Below, in pieces: positions 48,200 to 58,500 of a stretch of 64,000 nt of DNA. The notes beneath the pieces were generated by a model that did no database searches, was not told the origin of the DNA, and saw nothing but the letters and a program-made list of their open reading frames with translations. How positions within the stretch are numbered: position 1 is the first letter of the stretch; every line of letters starts with the position of its first letter. This DNA is from Ruminococcus sp. (lineage in GTDB: Bacteria; Bacillota; Clostridia; Oscillospirales; Acutalibacteraceae). The stretch covers positions 17,849 through 81,848 of the forward strand of contig JAFQDM010000024.1 in NCBI GenBank assembly GCA_017416065.1, read 5' to 3'. The translations under genes were made by a program, and so were the position numbers.

Positions 48200-51100
48200 A
48201 TGAAGCGCGGTATTTTTAAAAGAACAGCAGTATTTATATTGATGCTTTGCCTTATGCTTACGATGATTCCCTTGCAGTTTTCTTATGGGGATGTTGAGGC
48301 TGTAGGCGGCATCAACAGCCTGACCTGCTCAGGGTTTATCTCCAACTCAACTGCCAGAAGCTACATAGACACAATGATGAGGTACTATATCAACAACAAC
48401 TCATCAATCAGGAATTCCCTTGATAACGGGCAGTCTGCCGTGTTTATGTTTGAAGGCGGCTCAGATAACTACTGGGGAGGCAGTACATACGCCAACAATG
48501 CCTACAATATTCGCAATCAGGCGGTGATCATTGTTGTCAAGAAGAATTCTGAAGGCAATGCATACATTGATTACTATTGCGAAAACAGCTCCTCAGTTCC
48601 CGGTCAGCCTACCTGGTGCACAGGTGCAGCGTATTCAGGCTCCACCACTCTGATGGACGGAATCTACTCCTTCTACACATGGAACCACACAGGTCCCTAT
48701 GCCGCTTTTCAGGTGAATCTTTCCTCTTCAAACGGAAACGGCTACTACACCCCTCCGGGAAACTTAAACGGATATCAGAACGGAGCAAGCGGCATCAATA
48801 TCCACACACGCTCCAGCAATATTGCAGGAGGCAGCTCCCTGGGCTGGGTGTGGTCTGCAGGCTGTCAGTGCATAGGCTCAGGTAACGGCACAAGCAACGA
48901 ATTCAACGGGCTTATGAAGTCTGTCTGTAACATCAGCTGGAATTCCTGGATAAATTATTCCAGCAAAATATTCAACACCTTTGCAAGTGTGGGAACGTAT
49001 AAGGGTTACTATATTGTAGATCGCCAGTTAGCGCTGAAGAACCCCTCAGGCACTAAATACGGCTCAGGCTCTCTCATAAATCTCTACAACACAACTGCCC
49101 TTACAAATATCACCGCAAAGTCCACCTCTGCCATGAAGGCGGCAGGAGCAGACAAGATAGACTACGTTTCTCAGTGTACTTACTACGCTTCTCACGCAAA
49201 GCTCAAGGTTAAGCAGGATGCAACCTGGTCAAGGCTGCTCCCTTGCAGTAGTTCGGTTGATTCTGCGTCAACTGCTGTTTCCTCCTACAACGCAGGGGAG
49301 ACCCTGACGGCAACGGGTCTTTATAAAAACACAAAGGGAGAGTATTGGTACCGGACTGTTTCCAAATCCGGAAGCACCGCATACATACTCTCTTCCGATG
49401 TGGATTATGTTGACGATATTTATTCAGACGTTAAGATCTCCGGCCATACACCGCCTAACGGACACCTGAAGGGTACGGGTTACATAGTGTCGGGCACCGT
49501 CTCAACCCAGTATAATCAGCTTACCAATATTGCGGCTAATGTGTACAAGGGCCTGGGTACCTCAGGTACCAAGGTCACGGGAGCCAGCGCCGTACCCTCA
49601 GGAACCTCCTACAACATTGCAAACAGCACAGTTGATGCAAACGTTTTGATGGGTATTCTTGAGGACGGACCCCATACCCTGGTTATCACAGCTTCCTACA
49701 AGAATTATTATATGTCGGGCTCGACCCTTAACAGCAACACGGGAACCCTGACTCTTATTACGGATTATTTCCTTGTTATTCCCTCCTCAGTAAGCCAGAG
49801 CTCCTGCTCTCACAGCTATCAGAACTATGTAATAAAATCACCTACCTGCACCGCAAACGGCGAAAGCCTGCAGGCGTGCCCCACCTGCGGACACGTTAAG
49901 GGTACCGTGGTCACCACGGGAAGCCATGCCTACGGAGAATGGGAAATTACGGATGCAACCTGTACAAAAGAGGGTGTGAAGGTTCGCACCTGCTCAAAGT
50001 GTAATAATAAGGAATCCCAGGTCATCCCCGTTAGCGGTCATACTTATTCTGAAGAAAAGATAGATGCTACCTGCTCAGACCTTGAGAAGGTAAAATACAC
50101 CTGCTCCGTATGCTCTCATACCTACATTGACTATGCGGACAAACGGGCAAATTGGTCAGAATCCAAGCCTGAGGTTGATAACGAAAGCCTCATAGAAACA
50201 AAGGTGGAACACCGCTACTCTGACTACAGTCAGCTGACCTCTTACTCCTCTGCTGTTGAGGGCTATACCCTGGAGAAAACAGAGTGGGAGAAGAACGTAA
50301 GCGGAGTTGTTCAGTATGTGAAAAGCTGGCCTGCAGGCTTTAATACCTCAAGCTCACTCTACACAACCTACAACAAAGCTCCCAAAACAGCAGTCACAAA
50401 CACAAATGATAAAACTGTTGTGGATTCAGATGCGGTGGTGGGATATCTTTATTACCACTGGTGCTATGCAGATTCATATTATTCGGTGGAATCAAAGAAA
50501 GACAGCTACACGACCTTCCATGCATATTACAGCACAACTGCTCCCAGTGCATATAGGTGCGACACAAGCGATATGAGCTACTGCACGGCTCATTCCTCCT
50601 GCAGTAACTCTGACTGGTTCTTCGTTTGCGAGGTTCGTGAGCAGAAGTATACAACCTACAAGAAGCTTTACACTCTGTCAAAGTGGTCAGATTGGTCCCA
50701 GTGGAGCGAAACCCCTGTCACAGCCTCTGACACAAGAAAGGTGGAAAGCCGCACACTCTACAGATTTATAGACGAGGCAGCATTTGGCGCTCATAATTAT
50801 CAGGATGGAGTTTGTACTCTTTGCGGCAGAGGAGCACCTGATTATTATCTCTTCGGATTTATTAACGGCGCAGACTATGCCTGCGAGGCAGATTCCGAGA
50901 ACATAGGTGTTTATAAATTTGAAAACGGCACCCTTACCGCAGAGTTTACGGAGAACAGCTATGTTGCGGTTAAGAGCGGCGACAATATAGATTGGTTTAT
51001 GGCGGACGGATACCCCGGAGACACCGCAACCTCAACAACTCTTTACAATGTAAACAAGGGTATCAACGCAGAGAAGCTCTTTGTGCCCAAGGGCGTAGAG

Positions 51101-54100
51101 GTTATCTTTACTCTCAAGCACAACACCGACGGTTCCCTCGGCCTTAGCTATGTGTTTGGAAAATGCGAGCACAAAAACCACAACACAAGCGGCATATGTA
51201 CCGCTTGCAGACAAAAGGTTGATCACGAGTACGAAAACGGAGTTTGTACAGTCTGCTCAAAGGCTGCACCCGTTTATTATCTCTTTGGCTTTGTGAACGG
51301 CGCAGACTATGAGGGTCTTGACTACAGATTTGTTAACGGCTCTTTGATTACTGAATTCACCTCTGACAGCTATGTTGCAGTTAAAACGGGAGACAACTCT
51401 GCCTGGTATATGACAGACGGCTACCAGGGCGACCAGGCAACGTCAGCAACACTCTATGATGCTGCTTCTCTTGACGGAAGAGGCGACAAGCTCTTTGTTC
51501 CCAAGGGTGTTTCTGTTGCATTTACTCTCACAGACAATGAGGACGGAACCTTCACCCTCAGCTACAGCACGTCTGTCTGCAAGCATTTAAGGCATAACAC
51601 AGAGGGCGAGTGCCTGTCCTGCGGAGAAAAAGTTGAGCACTATTTCTTAAACGGCGGATGTGTATCCTGCGGCCTGCCTTGTGAGCACTGCTGGGGAGAA
51701 GACCGCATCTGTACAGTATGCGGCAAAGAAAAGCCCGGCTACTACCTTTTCGGCTTTATAAACGGCGCGGATTATGACGGCATGGACTACAAGTTCACAG
51801 ACGGTGAGCTTAAGGTCAAATTCACAGACACAACCTACATAGCGGTGAAAGACGGAGATAATGTTGTCAGATATATGACGGACGGCTACCATGACGGAGC
51901 TACTCAGGTTCAGCTTTTTGACTCAAATACTCTCAGCGGCAAGGGCGACAAGCTCTTTATCCCCAAGGGCAGAGATATAACCTTCAGACTTGCTGAAAAT
52001 TCCGACGGAAGCCTTACCCTCAGCTATGATGCGGCGCCTTGTCCTCATACGTTCCACAATTCCAACGGTGTGTGCCTCTCTTGCGCAGAGAAAGTGGAGC
52101 ATATGATCGTGGACGGTATCTGCACAGGCTGCGGACTTAACTGCAATCACAATTGGTACAACGGCTTCTGTACTAAGTGCAGATGCCCACAGCCTCTGTT
52201 CTATCTGTTCGGCTTTATTAACGGTGAAGACTACGAAGGCACGGATTACAGGTTTGAAAACGAAAAGCTTGTTGCTGTGTTTGAGGAGGATGCCTACGTT
52301 GCAGTTAAGTCTAATGAGGATATTTATTATATGGCAGAGGCATTCCCCGGCAAGGATGTGACGGAGGAGCTTCTATACAACGACGTTCTTCTCCCTGACT
52401 TGGGAGAGAAGATGTTTGTTCCCGGCGGATACACCATCATCTTCACAATCTCTGAAATGAACGACAGCTCTCTTATCCTCAGCTACAAGGTAGGGGAGTG
52501 TGCCCACCTGGAGCACAGTGCAGACGGAATCTGCAAGACTTGCTCAGAATCTGTGGAGCACAGCTTTAAAGACGGCTGCTGTACTCAGTGTGGCTGCAAG
52601 TGTATCCACAGCTTTGAAAAAGGTAAGTGTACTGCTTGCGGAGCCCTTGAGCCTGACTACTATCTTTTTGGATTTATAAACGGAGCAGAGTACGGTTGCG
52701 AAGGTGATGCTGACAGAATCGGCATCTACAAGTTTGCAGAAGGTAAGCTTGTGACTGTATTTACTCACGACAGCTATGTTGCAGTCAAAACAGGTGACAA
52801 CACAAAGTGGTATATGGCAGACGGGTACAAGGATGCAAACGTTCGCACTGCCACACTTTACAATACACAGCTTGGAATCAATGCTGAAAAGCTCTTTATT
52901 CCCAAGGGCAGACTTGTTGAGTTTACACTTGTGAACAACGGTGACGAAACGCTAACAATTACATATACCATAGCAGACTGTGAGCACACCTCTCATAATG
53001 CTGACGGAGAGTGCACCACCTGCGGTGAGCTTGCAGGTCATAGCTTTGTAAATTCCGTCTGCACGGTCTGTGCCGCAAAATGCAGTCATAACTGGGAAGA
53101 TTCCATTTGCACGATCTGCTCTGCTCGGTGTGAGCATATCTGGATAGACGGCAAATGCACCCTATGCTCGCTTGTGTGTGAGCATAGATTCGAAGGCGGA
53201 GTCTGCCACAGCTGCGGATATGAATGTCCTCACAGCTTTGAGCAGGGAAAATGCACCCTTTGCCAAATTGTGTGTGCACATAATTACATAAGCGGCACTT
53301 GCTATGTCTGCAAGGAGGTCTGTGAGCATTCCTTCTTAAGCGGAGTGTGCACAGTATGTGAGTACAAATGCAAGCATAATTATGCTGACGGAATATGCTC
53401 AGTATGCGGCGTTGTGTGCGGTCATAAGTGGAACGGCGGAGAGTGTATAGTCTGCGATGTTGTGTGTTCCCATATCTGGGAGGATGGTGTGTGCACCGTG
53501 TGCTCACTTTCCTGCACTCACAGCTTCACAGACGGCATATGCTCTGTTTGCACTCTTAAGTGTGAGCACAGCTTTGCAAACGGAATATGTACTGCCTGCA
53601 CCTTAAGGTGTGAGCATAGCTACGAAGGCGGAGTGTGTACCGTCTGCGGTATCTCCTGTGCTCATAATTACACAGACGGTGTATGTACCATTTGCGGCAA
53701 AGAAAACGACTTTTATCTTATTGGTAACATAAACGGCAAGGATGTGGGCTTTGAGAGCGATTATCGCAACACAGGTGCCTACCTCTTTGAAAACGGAACT
53801 CTCAGCGTAACCTTCACAAAGGATAGCTTCGTTGCGGTTAAGGCAGGAGATAACCTGGATTGGTATATGGCAATGGAGGAAAATTCAGGCAAAACCTCGT
53901 ACCTTTACAACACCTTGACAGGCAAGGTAAGCGACCTTGTGTTTGTGCCGGGCGGTGTGGAGGCAACCTTTACTCTTGAATCTATGGGCATGGATTCCTT
54001 CAAGCTTTCCTATGCGGTGCAGAATTGTCAGCATCAAAGCCATAACGTAAAGGGTAAGTGCTCGGGATGCGGTATTGATGTGAAGCACACCTTCTCAGAT

Positions 54101-55435
54101 GGCTTCTGCACTCAATGCCACGCCGCTGACCCCGGTAAGGATATGTATCTGTTTGGTACAATTAACGGCGCTGACTACGGATATAACTCAGATGCCGCAA
54201 CCATTGGTGAGTATAAATTCACAGACAGACAGTTGACTGCTACCTTTGAGAAGGATTCCTATGTTGCAGTTAAGTCTTTTGATAACAAAGACTGGTATAT
54301 GTCAGACGGCAGTGACGCATACAGCGATAGTGCGATTCTTTACAATACAAGGCTTGGCAAGGGCGCAGACCTGCTCTTTGTCCCCGGCGGGGTAGAGGTT
54401 GTGTTTACACTCAGCCGTCAGCAGGACGGAAACTATCACCTGAGCTATACCTGCTCGAACAATAACGAAAAGCGCATAAATCTTAAGTACACCTCAATGA
54501 ACGTGGTTGATATGAGATACGAGCTGTACTTTACCGCAGAAGGTGTGGAGAATGTGCCTCTCTGTGATATGGGTATGGTACTCTATGATTCTGCTCAGGA
54601 GGGTGCAATCAGCATCCTTTCAGGCGCTGTTTCTGATGGTGGCTACTACCTTGTGCAGTCAGCCCCTGTCCACGCAAAGCATTTTGGCAACAAGGTTGTG
54701 ATGAAGGCTTATGCAAAGCTTCCTGACGGAACGTATCTTTACAGCGAGCCTGTGGAGTACAGCGCTTTGCATTATGCAAATTCGGTTCTTGAAAGCAAAA
54801 ACAGCTCCAAGGCTCACAAGGCAATGGCAGTTGCAATGCTCAACTACGGAGCCTCTGCTCAGCAGTATTTTGACTACAAGACAGACAGCCTTGTAAACTC
54901 AGGGCTTACAAAAGCACAGCAGTCACTTGTTGAGAGCTACTCAACTTATATGGCAGAGAATGTGTCAGCGGTATCCCAAACCAAGGCAGAAGAGTTCAGA
55001 AAGCAGGGAACAGGCTTTGTGATGTATCCCGGCGCAAACTTCTCCAACACAATGTTCACGGTCAGCTGCAATTTAAAGACGAGCAAATTAATTGACGGTG
55101 ACGTTACCCTTTACTATTGGGATGCAAAAGCCTACGCTTCTGCAAATAAACTTACAAAGGAAAATGCCACCGGCATACTTACAATGGAAATGTCAGTTGA
55201 CGGTGCCTACTCAGCAGAGATCGCTTCCATAACCGCCAAGGATCTGGACGATACGATCTATATTGCCGCAGTATTTGAATCAGAAGGTGAAACCTGTTCG
55301 TCAGGTGTCATTGCTTACAGTATGGCAGAGTACTGCAAGCTTAATGCTCAGAACGATTCTTCACCTATGCAGGAACTTGCGCAAGCCGCAATCGTTTACG
55401 GATATTATGCAGAAAAGCATTTTGGAGAACGATAA
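48200..55435 (+). CDS. Giant secreted multidomain protein: putative YkuD-like His/Cys catalytic head, SH3-like domain, seven YL(F/I)Gx(I/V)NG modules, Cys3His repeat array, conserved C-terminal domain
   Basis: Signal peptide; GINIH-x15-WSAGCQ; GLYKNTKGEYWY; repeated YYLFGFINGADY; CxHx(W/F/Y)xxGxCxxC repeats; MLNYGASAQQYF. Confidence 0.75.
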   Translation: MKRGIFKRTAVFILMLCLMLTMIPLQFSYGDVEAVGGINSLTCSGFISNSTARSYIDTMMRYYINNNSSIRNSLDNGQSAVFMFEGGSDNYWGGSTYANNAYNIRNQAVIIVVKKNSEGNAYIDYYCENSSSVPGQPTWCTGAAYSGSTTLMDGIYSFYTWNHTGPYAAFQVNLSSSNGNGYYTPPGNLNGYQNGASGINIHTRSSNIAGGSSLGWVWSAGCQCIGSGNGTSNEFNGLMKSVCNISWNSWINYSSKIFNTFASVGTYKGYYIVDRQLALKNPSGTKYGSGSLINLYNTTALTNITAKSTSAMKAAGADKIDYVSQCTYYASHAKLKVKQDATWSRLLPCSSSVDSASTAVSSYNAGETLTATGLYKNTKGEYWYRTVSKSGSTAYILSSDVDYVDDIYSDVKISGHTPPNGHLKGTGYIVSGTVSTQYNQLTNIAANVYKGLGTSGTKVTGASAVPSGTSYNIANSTVDANVLMGILEDGPHTLVITASYKNYYMSGSTLNSNTGTLTLITDYFLVIPSSVSQSSCSHSYQNYVIKSPTCTANGESLQACPTCGHVKGTVVTTGSHAYGEWEITDATCTKEGVKVRTCSKCNNKESQVIPVSGHTYSEEKIDATCSDLEKVKYTCSVCSHTYIDYADKRANWSESKPEVDNESLIETKVEHRYSDYSQLTSYSSAVEGYTLEKTEWEKNVSGVVQYVKSWPAGFNTSSSLYTTYNKAPKTAVTNTNDKTVVDSDAVVGYLYYHWCYADSYYSVESKKDSYTTFHAYYSTTAPSAYRCDTSDMSYCTAHSSCSNSDWFFVCEVREQKYTTYKKLYTLSKWSDWSQWSETPVTASDTRKVESRTLYRFIDEAAFGAHNYQDGVCTLCGRGAPDYYLFGFINGADYACEADSENIGVYKFENGTLTAEFTENSYVAVKSGDNIDWFMADGYPGDTATSTTLYNVNKGINAEKLFVPKGVEVIFTLKHNTDGSLGLSYVFGKCEHKNHNTSGICTACRQKVDHEYENGVCTVCSKAAPVYYLFGFVNGADYEGLDYRFVNGSLITEFTSDSYVAVKTGDNSAWYMTDGYQGDQATSATLYDAASLDGRGDKLFVPKGVSVAFTLTDNEDGTFTLSYSTSVCKHLRHNTEGECLSCGEKVEHYFLNGGCVSCGLPCEHCWGEDRICTVCGKEKPGYYLFGFINGADYDGMDYKFTDGELKVKFTDTTYIAVKDGDNVVRYMTDGYHDGATQVQLFDSNTLSGKGDKLFIPKGRDITFRLAENSDGSLTLSYDAAPCPHTFHNSNGVCLSCAEKVEHMIVDGICTGCGLNCNHNWYNGFCTKCRCPQPLFYLFGFINGEDYEGTDYRFENEKLVAVFEEDAYVAVKSNEDIYYMAEAFPGKDVTEELLYNDVLLPDLGEKMFVPGGYTIIFTISEMNDSSLILSYKVGECAHLEHSADGICKTCSESVEHSFKDGCCTQCGCKCIHSFEKGKCTACGALEPDYYLFGFINGAEYGCEGDADRIGIYKFAEGKLVTVFTHDSYVAVKTGDNTKWYMADGYKDANVRTATLYNTQLGINAEKLFIPKGRLVEFTLVNNGDETLTITYTIADCEHTSHNADGECTTCGELAGHSFVNSVCTVCAAKCSHNWEDSICTICSARCEHIWIDGKCTLCSLVCEHRFEGGVCHSCGYECPHSFEQGKCTLCQIVCAHNYISGTCYVCKEVCEHSFLSGVCTVCEYKCKHNYADGICSVCGVVCGHKWNGGECIVCDVVCSHIWEDGVCTVCSLSCTHSFTDGICSVCTLKCEHSFANGICTACTLRCEHSYEGGVCTVCGISCAHNYTDGVCTICGKENDFYLIGNINGKDVGFESDYRNTGAYLFENGTLSVTFTKDSFVAVKAGDNLDWYMAMEENSGKTSYLYNTLTGKVSDLVFVPGGVEATFTLESMGMDSFKLSYAVQNCQHQSHNVKGKCSGCGIDVKHTFSDGFCTQCHAADPGKDMYLFGTINGADYGYNSDAATIGEYKFTDRQLTATFEKDSYVAVKSFDNKDWYMSDGSDAYSDSAILYNTRLGKGADLLFVPGGVEVVFTLSRQQDGNYHLSYTCSNNNEKRINLKYTSMNVVDMRYELYFTAEGVENVPLCDMGMVLYDSAQEGAISILSGAVSDGGYYLVQSAPVHAKHFGNKVVMKAYAKLPDGTYLYSEPVEYSALHYANSVLESKNSSKAHKAMAVAMLNYGASAQQYFDYKTDSLVNSGLTKAQQSLVESYSTYMAENVSAVSQTKAEEFRKQGTGFVMYPGANFSNTMFTVSCNLKTSKLIDGDVTLYYWDAKAYASANKLTKENATGILTMEMSVDGAYSAEIASITAKDLDDTIYIAAVFESEGETCSSGVIAYSMAEYCKLNAQNDSSPMQELAQAAIVYGYYAEKHFGER
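53081..53704 (+). repeat. 13 tandem 16-aa CxHx(W/F/Y)xxGxCxxCxxx units
   Basis: Counted in the translation from CSHNWEDSICTIC to CAHNYTDGVCTIC. Confidence 0.85.
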
Positions 55436-55523
55436 CTGCAAACTCATTTATTTAACATATTGACTGATCCTGAAGAAAGGAGAGCATGGGAACGCCTCTG
55501 TGTGTTCCATGCAATTATGCAAA

Positions 55524-58500
55524 ATGAGAATATTAAAACAATGCTTGTGTATGTTCCTTGTACTGCTGACTGTGGTGTCGCTTGTTGCGATTTCTCCTCA
55601 AAGCCACGTTCATGCAGCTTCTGCCAATGATTTTATTTCAGAAAGCTTTGCTTCCAATATAAGCGTCAAAACAACCAAAACAGTAAGCTTTATGAGTTAT
55701 CCCATAACGGGTAACGGCTCAGTAGTGAAGCAGACGGTGCCTGCAGATACTGTGGTAACCGTCAAGGCCCTGCATAAAAACACAAAGGGTGAGTATTGGT
55801 ACGAGATATCCTACTTTAACCTCACTCTCTATGTGGACGCTACTGCAACTCAGATGCTTTCTCACCTTACAGGCGACATAAGCCTTACGGGCAATTCTTC
55901 CCCAGCAAGCCTTACCTACGGCAACGGCTTCCCCATAAAGGGAGAGATAAGGGCACAGAGAAACGACCTGGGCCGAGTTACTGTTTCTATGTACAAGGGT
56001 CAGAATCTGACGGTAAAGCCTGCGCTTACAGCAAGTGCCGACGTTAACGGTAAGTCGTATACACTCACAAACAGCGCCATAGATACGGCGCTTCCCTTCA
56101 ATGTGCTTACCCCCGGCTCGTACAACTACGTGGTGTCTGCAGAGGCTGTCAGCTATTACATAAACGAAAAAGGTGCTTTCTCCACCTCAAAGACCACGGT
56201 TATCCTGCAGAATAACATTTGTGCGGTAACCAACGGAAGCAGTCCTAACCCTGTACTTCATAACGGCATTGACGTATCCGTATGGAACGGCGACATAGAC
56301 TGGTCTGCCGTAAAATCTCAGGTTGACTTTGTTATTATCCGTGCCTCCTGGGAGGAAACTGCGGACACAAAGTTTACTACCAATGCAAACGGATGCGTTA
56401 ATAACGATATCCCCTTTGGCGTATATGTTTACTCCTATGCAGAAAACGAGGCAGAGGCAATAGGTGAGGCAGAGTACGTGCTGGGTCTTGTAGATAACTA
56501 CGATATGGACCTGCCCATCTTCTTTGATTTTGAGGATGAGTGTGCAATGAACCTGAGTGCAAGCACTCAGCAGAAGATCTGCCGTGCTTTCTGCGATACC
56601 ATCTATGCAGGCGGACGTCAGCCCGGAATCTACACCTACACGTGGATCCTCAGAACAGTTCTGACAGATACATATTACAGATCCATTCCCATGTGGACCG
56701 CAGAGATCAACAATTCAAGCTATACCTCCTACAAGGGCGGCTTGTGGATGTGGCAGTGGTCCTGGGTTGGCAGATTCAACGGAATGAACGGCGACGTTGA
56801 CTGCAACAAAATGTACGTGGAGATTCCCGGCAAAAACAGCAGTGACACAAGCTATCTCAGCAAGTGTACCTCATATCCCTCCAATCTGAACGTTACGGTG
56901 AATACCGCCTGTAACGTGCGTCAGTACCCAAGTACGGACTATGCTCAGACGGGAACCTATTCCGTAGGCACCCGTCTGCACGTAACGGGACTTTATAAAA
57001 ACACCTACGGAAACTACTGGTATCAGGTGGAGAAGGACGGTACAACGGGCTATATTGGTGTGGATTGCGTGACGATAGACGAGTATCTGTACAACGATGT
57101 AGCGGTCAGAGACCCAAAAATGGCATCAAATCTTGATGTGGGCAAGGGGTTTTATATTGAAGGTGTGCTCTCGTCGGTCTATAACAAGCTCTCCAAGGTT
57201 TACGCCAAGGTCTATTCAGAGGAAAATACCCAGTCAAATCCTGCTTTGAGCAGTAGCGCTGCAGAGAATTCCAAGAGATACTCACTCTATAAGAGCGCAG
57301 TAGACTACGGGCTCAACTTTGGCAAGCTTGCGGCAGGGTATTACACCTACGAGGTTTCCGCTGATGTTACAAATTACTACTGCAGCAATGGCTCCCTGAG
57401 CTCAAAAACTCAGAACGTTGTTGTGTGGAGGACACCCTTCACAGTAGGCGGCATCACCATAACTCCACCTGAAACTGCAGTTTGTGTTCACGATATTGTG
57501 ACCCTTGAGGGTAAGGCTCCCACCTGTACCGAAGAAGGACTTACCATAGGCAGCAGCTGCTCCAAGTGCTCAGAGGTCATCACAAAGCAGGAGGTTATCC
57601 CTGCTACGGGCCACAGCTACGAGGGCAAAAAGGTAAGCTCCAGCTGCCTTGATTACGAGAAAATGCAGTACACCTGCTCCTATTGCGGAGATTCTTACAC
57701 AGAATATGCAGAGTATCAGTGGGTTGAAACCAAACCTGAGGATTACAGCGATACAAAATACGAGACTAAAACCCAGTACCGTTATTCTGATTTTCAGAAG
57801 ACCTGGACAGACAATGGCAGTACCACGATCAAGTACGTAAAGTCCTGGCCTGACGGCTTTGAGAAGAGCCATTCCCTTTACGGGACATATAACGTAACTC
57901 CCAAAACAAACTCAGAAACGGATACAACAAAGATTACGGTAACCTCCACGTCTTCAAGTCCTGTGGGTTACCTCTATTACCACTGGTGTGCAGGGACCTA
58001 CGAATACGGTCCCATTAACCGCACAACATCTGCAGTCAAATCCGGAAAATACGTTGCATTCCACGCACACTACGATACAAAAACTCCCGAGTCCCTTGAC
58101 GACGGACGTGCCACAGACGGAAGCGTGCCCAACGGAAACGCCTCTGCCTGCACGGATTCTTATTGGTATTATAACGTACCTGTTTACAGCCAGACCTACA
58201 AAACCTATACAGCAGGTGCGGGCACCTGGTCAGAATGGTCAGGTTGGTCAGACACGGCTGTGTCTGCAACAGACACAAGAAAGGTAGAAACAAGAGTCCT
58301 CTACCGCATGCTCCCTCAGAAGGGAGACCACAGATTCAGCCGCGGCAAGTGCCTTGTTTGTGACTTTGTCTGCTCACACAGCTTCTCAGACGGAAAATGT
58401 GAGATATGCAAAATGAGCTGCATGCACAAGTGGGAATCAAGCGGTAAGTGCTCGATTTGTAATCAACCCTGCTCCCATAGCTGGCAAAACGGCACCTGCA

